DNA of 64,000 nt from Mobula hypostoma (taxonomy: Eukaryota): positions 36,084,001-36,148,000 of the forward strand of contig NC_086114.1 in assembly GCF_963921235.1 (NCBI RefSeq), given 5' to 3'. Both the position numbers and the translations under genes were made by a program. Under the pieces are notes generated by a model that did no database searches, was not told where the DNA came from, and saw only the letters and a list, made by a program, of their open reading frames with translations. Below, in pieces: positions 60,790 to 64,000 of the stretch (the first letter of the stretch is position 1; the number at the start of each line of letters is the position of its first letter).

Positions 60790-62025
60790 GAGATATTTTC
60801 CTTATTAAAAGTACATTTATTTTCAAATTATGTACACATTATACATCTCCTTCCAGGCAGCCACAAAACAAAGAAACTCATTAAAAGAATATCAAATAAC
60901 CAAAGTGCAGAGAGAAAACAAGTTGTGCAAACGATAAAAGCAAGCAAACAGCACTTAGAACAAAAGTGAGCCTACAGACAAAAAGAAAGGCATCACTGCA
61001 TCCAGAGAAGGCCATAGCCTCAGTTCAGCACAGAATTGAGTAAACATCGCGGAGCAGCAAGCAGAACTGGCCCGACCCTTACCTTTCCAATCTGGCCCAG
61101 CATTTAAATCGCCCAAACATTGAGTCATTCCTCACTCTAGGCCCCGGGTCCTGATGACTTGATATCTTCTGGGCCTGGATCTCACCGCCATGTTTCGGCC
61201 CGCACCTGACCTTTCCATATCGGCCTGGCGCTTAGAGCAATCAAAACTCGGGCCTTTCCTTGCTTTCGTTTTAGTGGATGGGCCTCGCCTCCATTGTTTG
61301 TGATCGTTTACCAGAGAAAGTGTTATTAATAAAGTATTCTTTGCTTTGTCTGCTGCCAAAAGGAGGGAGAAGATGGCGACGCCACGTAGTGTGTGCGGCT
61401 GTTCTGAATGATATCGTATTTGTGAAGTAGGATGCCGTGCACAATCCTGATTTGATGGAGACAGACGTGAGAAGCACAGAGGAACACCTGGAGAAACTTA
61501 TGAAATGCCCGCTTCGCTGCCACTGCTGCTGTGCGATCGAGAATCTCCGGAGGGAAAGACCCCAAATCCTCGGCTTTGCCTATTGCCAGGACTGCAGTCG
61601 AAGCGCTTGGCAGAAATGGTGCTCGGTGTCAGAGAGCTGGTCGGAGGCTTGGAGATTTTGGACGGACTCAGAGTCGGACTGTGGTTGGATACTGCCAGGA
61701 TGCTGCATCGGCAAGTTTGCGGCGCTGGAGGTTTACCATCTGCGTGAGATGATGGGACTTTCGAGAGACTTTTGAGACTTTTACCGTGCCCATGGTCTGT
61801 TCTTATCAAATTACGGTATTGCTTTGCACTGTTGTAACTATATGTTATAATTATGTGGTTTTTCTTAGTTTTTAAGTCAGTTTGTCATGTGTTTCTGTGA
61901 TATCATTCTGGAAAAACATTGTATCATTTCTTAAAGCATGCAATACTAAATGACAATAAAAGAGGACTGCATGTCCTCATAATCTAAAAAAAAGTAGTTG
62001 CTGGACTTCACCAGCACCATCTTAA
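60790..62025 (-). mobile_element. Non-autonomous AAGATGG-headed element with Rex1-type tail, split by the 61363-61993 insertion
   Basis: Minus 5' end tttaagatggtgctggtgaagtccagc; body homologous to 27318-28722. Confidence 0.55.
61363..61993 (+). mobile_element. Young unclassified non-coding retroposon (AAGATGGCG head, AATAAA, A-rich tail)
   Basis: Starts gagggagaagatggcgacgcc; CpG-rich 5' half; AT-rich 3' half ending caataaaagaggactgcatgtcctcataatctaaaaaaaa; short aaaag on both sides as a possible TSD. Confidence 0.6.
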
Positions 62026-62124
62026 ATGGGAAGCTACTTATACCACCCACATCTTCTCCGCAAAAGGTAAACTAAGTTGTTTCCCCTTTCCCAGTTATGA
62101 TGGTCTCAGGCCTAATCTGTCCTG

Positions 62125-62910
62125 TGACCAGCACGTAGGTGCCATCACAAAGAAGACACAACAGCACCTCTACTTTCTTAGAAGTTTGTATAACATCTAA
62201 AATTTTTACAAATGTCTATGGATGCACAGTGGAGAGAATCCTAAATGGTTGCATCATACCCCGGAATGGGAAAATCTCCAGAAAATGGCGGATACAGCCC
62301 GGTACATCATAGGGAAAGCCCTCTCCACTATTGAGTACATTTACATGGAGCACTGTCACAGGAAATCAGCATCCATCATCCACATGTTCATCTCGCTACT
62401 ACCATCAGACAGGATGTAGAGGACCCTTAGGTCCCATGCTACTAGATTCAAGAGCAGTTGTTACCCTAAAACCATCAGGCTCCTGACATAGGACATAGGA
62501 GCAAAATCAAGCCATTCAGCCCTTTGAGTCTGCTGCCTGTGGCTGATCCCACTCAATCCCATACACCTGCCTTCTCACCATAACCTTTGTTTCCCCTGGG
62601 CAATCAGGAAACTATCTATTTCCACTTTAAATATATCCACAGTCTTAGGCCTCCACAGATGTCTGTGACAGAACTTTAGAACTAGTGTGGATAACTTCAC
62701 TCACAACTATGAAGAGATTCCACAACCTACACTTACTTTCAAGGACTCCACAACTTTTTTTTACTGGCACTTCTTGTGTTCTTTTAAACAACGGTTGTTT
62801 GCCAGTCCTTCTTTATGTATAGTTTTCCATTAATTCAAATACATATTTTTTAATATCTGTTAAATGCCTGCAAGAAAATGAATCTCAAGCTAACTTTGAC
62901 TCTTGACTTT
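62125..62910 (+). mobile_element. Rex1/Babar 3' fragment interrupted by a CR1 tail (~62487-62680, minus)
   Basis: LQKMADTARYIIG..L, RFKSSCYPKTIRLL; resumes at ~62683 with the Rex1 3'UTR. Confidence 0.65.
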
Positions 62911-63199
62911 GAGACATCATCCACAAATGTTGGCTGACCTGCTGAGTGTTTCTGCGGGAGCTACATTTCAGTTTGATTTCCAACTTAATATTCTGGAAGT
63001 TTAGGAATTAAGTCGGAACTTGATTGTAGCGGGAAAAGGGACCGCCTATAATGTTCCACGATCTGAAGCTGTTGAACTCACTGCCAACTGCAGCTTAGAA
63101 CAATGTAGGAGGCCGACGAGAAAGTTGAAGGCCTTATGAAGGGGCTCGGCCCGAAACGTCGACTTTCATTTCCCTCTATAGATGTTACCTGACCTACAG

Positions 63200-63800
63200 G
63201 GCTTCCTCGGCATTTTGAGCCCGTTGTATAATGCGGCTGCGCAAACACGAGCTGGGACGGGTGGACGTCACTAATAAAGACGTGGACCAAATCATTTGGG
63301 AATAAAGAGGGATTCAAATTGAAACTATTATAAACATTTATTCAAATATCGAGAATAATTTATCTCCTAAAGTATAGATACTGTAATTAAAACAATTTTA
63401 TGTGTTTCTTGTTTGTGTTTGATGTTGAATCTCCGAAACTGTTTAAAGTTACTAGATTTCACCACCCCTCAGCTTCCGTCGTGATTGGGTCGGTCCGAGA
63501 TGTCGCCCCGGTTTTCGCGAGACTTGGTGCTGGCGGAGTGGCGGTCGGCGGACGGGCGGCTGAAGGTTACGGGTGGCTGAAGTGACGGCTCGAGCGGGAC
63601 ATCGGGTGAGTGACTGGGCGGGGTGGGAGCCCGCATAGTGCACTGATGGGGAAGGAGATCCGATGTTGGGAAGGGGTGAGAGGGAGAGGAGGTGGCGGGA
63701 ACCTGGGGGTCAATGATGATGGGGGGGGGGGTTCAGGGTGTATGCAAGGAGGGCCGGGGCGTCGTTGCGACGTGTGGCTGGAGGAGGGACGAGGGGTGGG
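63200..63800 (+). promoter_or_regulatory. CpG-island promoter with probable non-coding first exon ending at 63605 (unidentified downstream gene)
   Basis: Very high CpG density 63470-63800; GACGTCAC (CRE-like) ~63264; CTTCCG (ETS-like) ~63473; GATTGG ~63483; TTTCGCGAGA (BANP/ZBTB33-like) 63513-63522; consensus donor CGG|GTGAGT at 63606. Confidence 0.75.
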
Positions 63801-63839
63801 TAAGTGCTGGGCGAGGAGGGATGGGGGGTGGGGGGTTGG

Positions 63840-64000
63840 GTGAGGAGAGAAAAAGCTGAGTAGATTTAAAACGTTGGGGGAGGGGAGAGGAAACCACCAG
63901 GTGAGAGGTGAAACCTCAAGGGAGAAGGATGAAGTAAAGAGCTGGGAAGTTGGTGAAAGGAGCATCAGAGGGAGGTGATGGACGGGCAAGGAGATGAGGT
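63840..64000 (-). mobile_element. Penelope-like 3' region fragment in the first intron of the downstream gene
   Basis: gaagtaaagagctgggaagttg...ggagcatcagagggaggtgatgg is the reverse complement of the 43870-44000 tail. Confidence 0.7.

Noticed and set aside
61437-61809. Overlapping 73-112 aa ORFs on both strands
   Set aside because: GC-rich head of a non-coding retroposon; no recognisable domain.
35100-63400. ANXA11 or TMEM254 exons expected from mammalian PLAC9 synteny
   Set aside because: No annexin or TMEM254-like peptide was recognised on either strand; the promoter at 63.5 kb could not be assigned.

Overview
Eukaryotic, vertebrate genomic DNA dominated by transposable elements. The repeat families (CR1, Rex1/Babar, Penelope, L1/Tx1-like, V-SINE/Deu-type SINEs, Tc1, hAT-Buster) point to a cartilaginous fish, probably a ray (inference). 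Two spliced host genes were reconstructed by hand; the ORF track shows at most one exon of each, embedded in a longer ORF. (1) A minus-strand PLP-dependent threonine/serine dehydratase (TdcB/IlvA-like): exons 7032-6932, 2457-2109 and 1574-1458, running off the left edge. (2) A plus-strand PLAC9 orthologue: exons 14898-14955, 29385-29464, 32362-32476 and probably 35023-35033. A third, unidentified gene starts at a CpG-island promoter with an apparently non-coding first exon at ~63.5 kb. The most notable non-genic signals are Penelope-associated minimal hammerhead ribozymes (one with an intact core at 44083-44120), a TSD-flanked 62-bp tandem/inverted array of half-hammerhead units, an L1-5'/CR1-3' chimera, a full-length L1 with TSD, a Buster-type hAT element and several exact local duplications. 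No CRISPR, rRNA or true tRNA genes were found. All family assignments are from motif recognition, not database searches, and TE boundaries are approximate unless a TSD is given.
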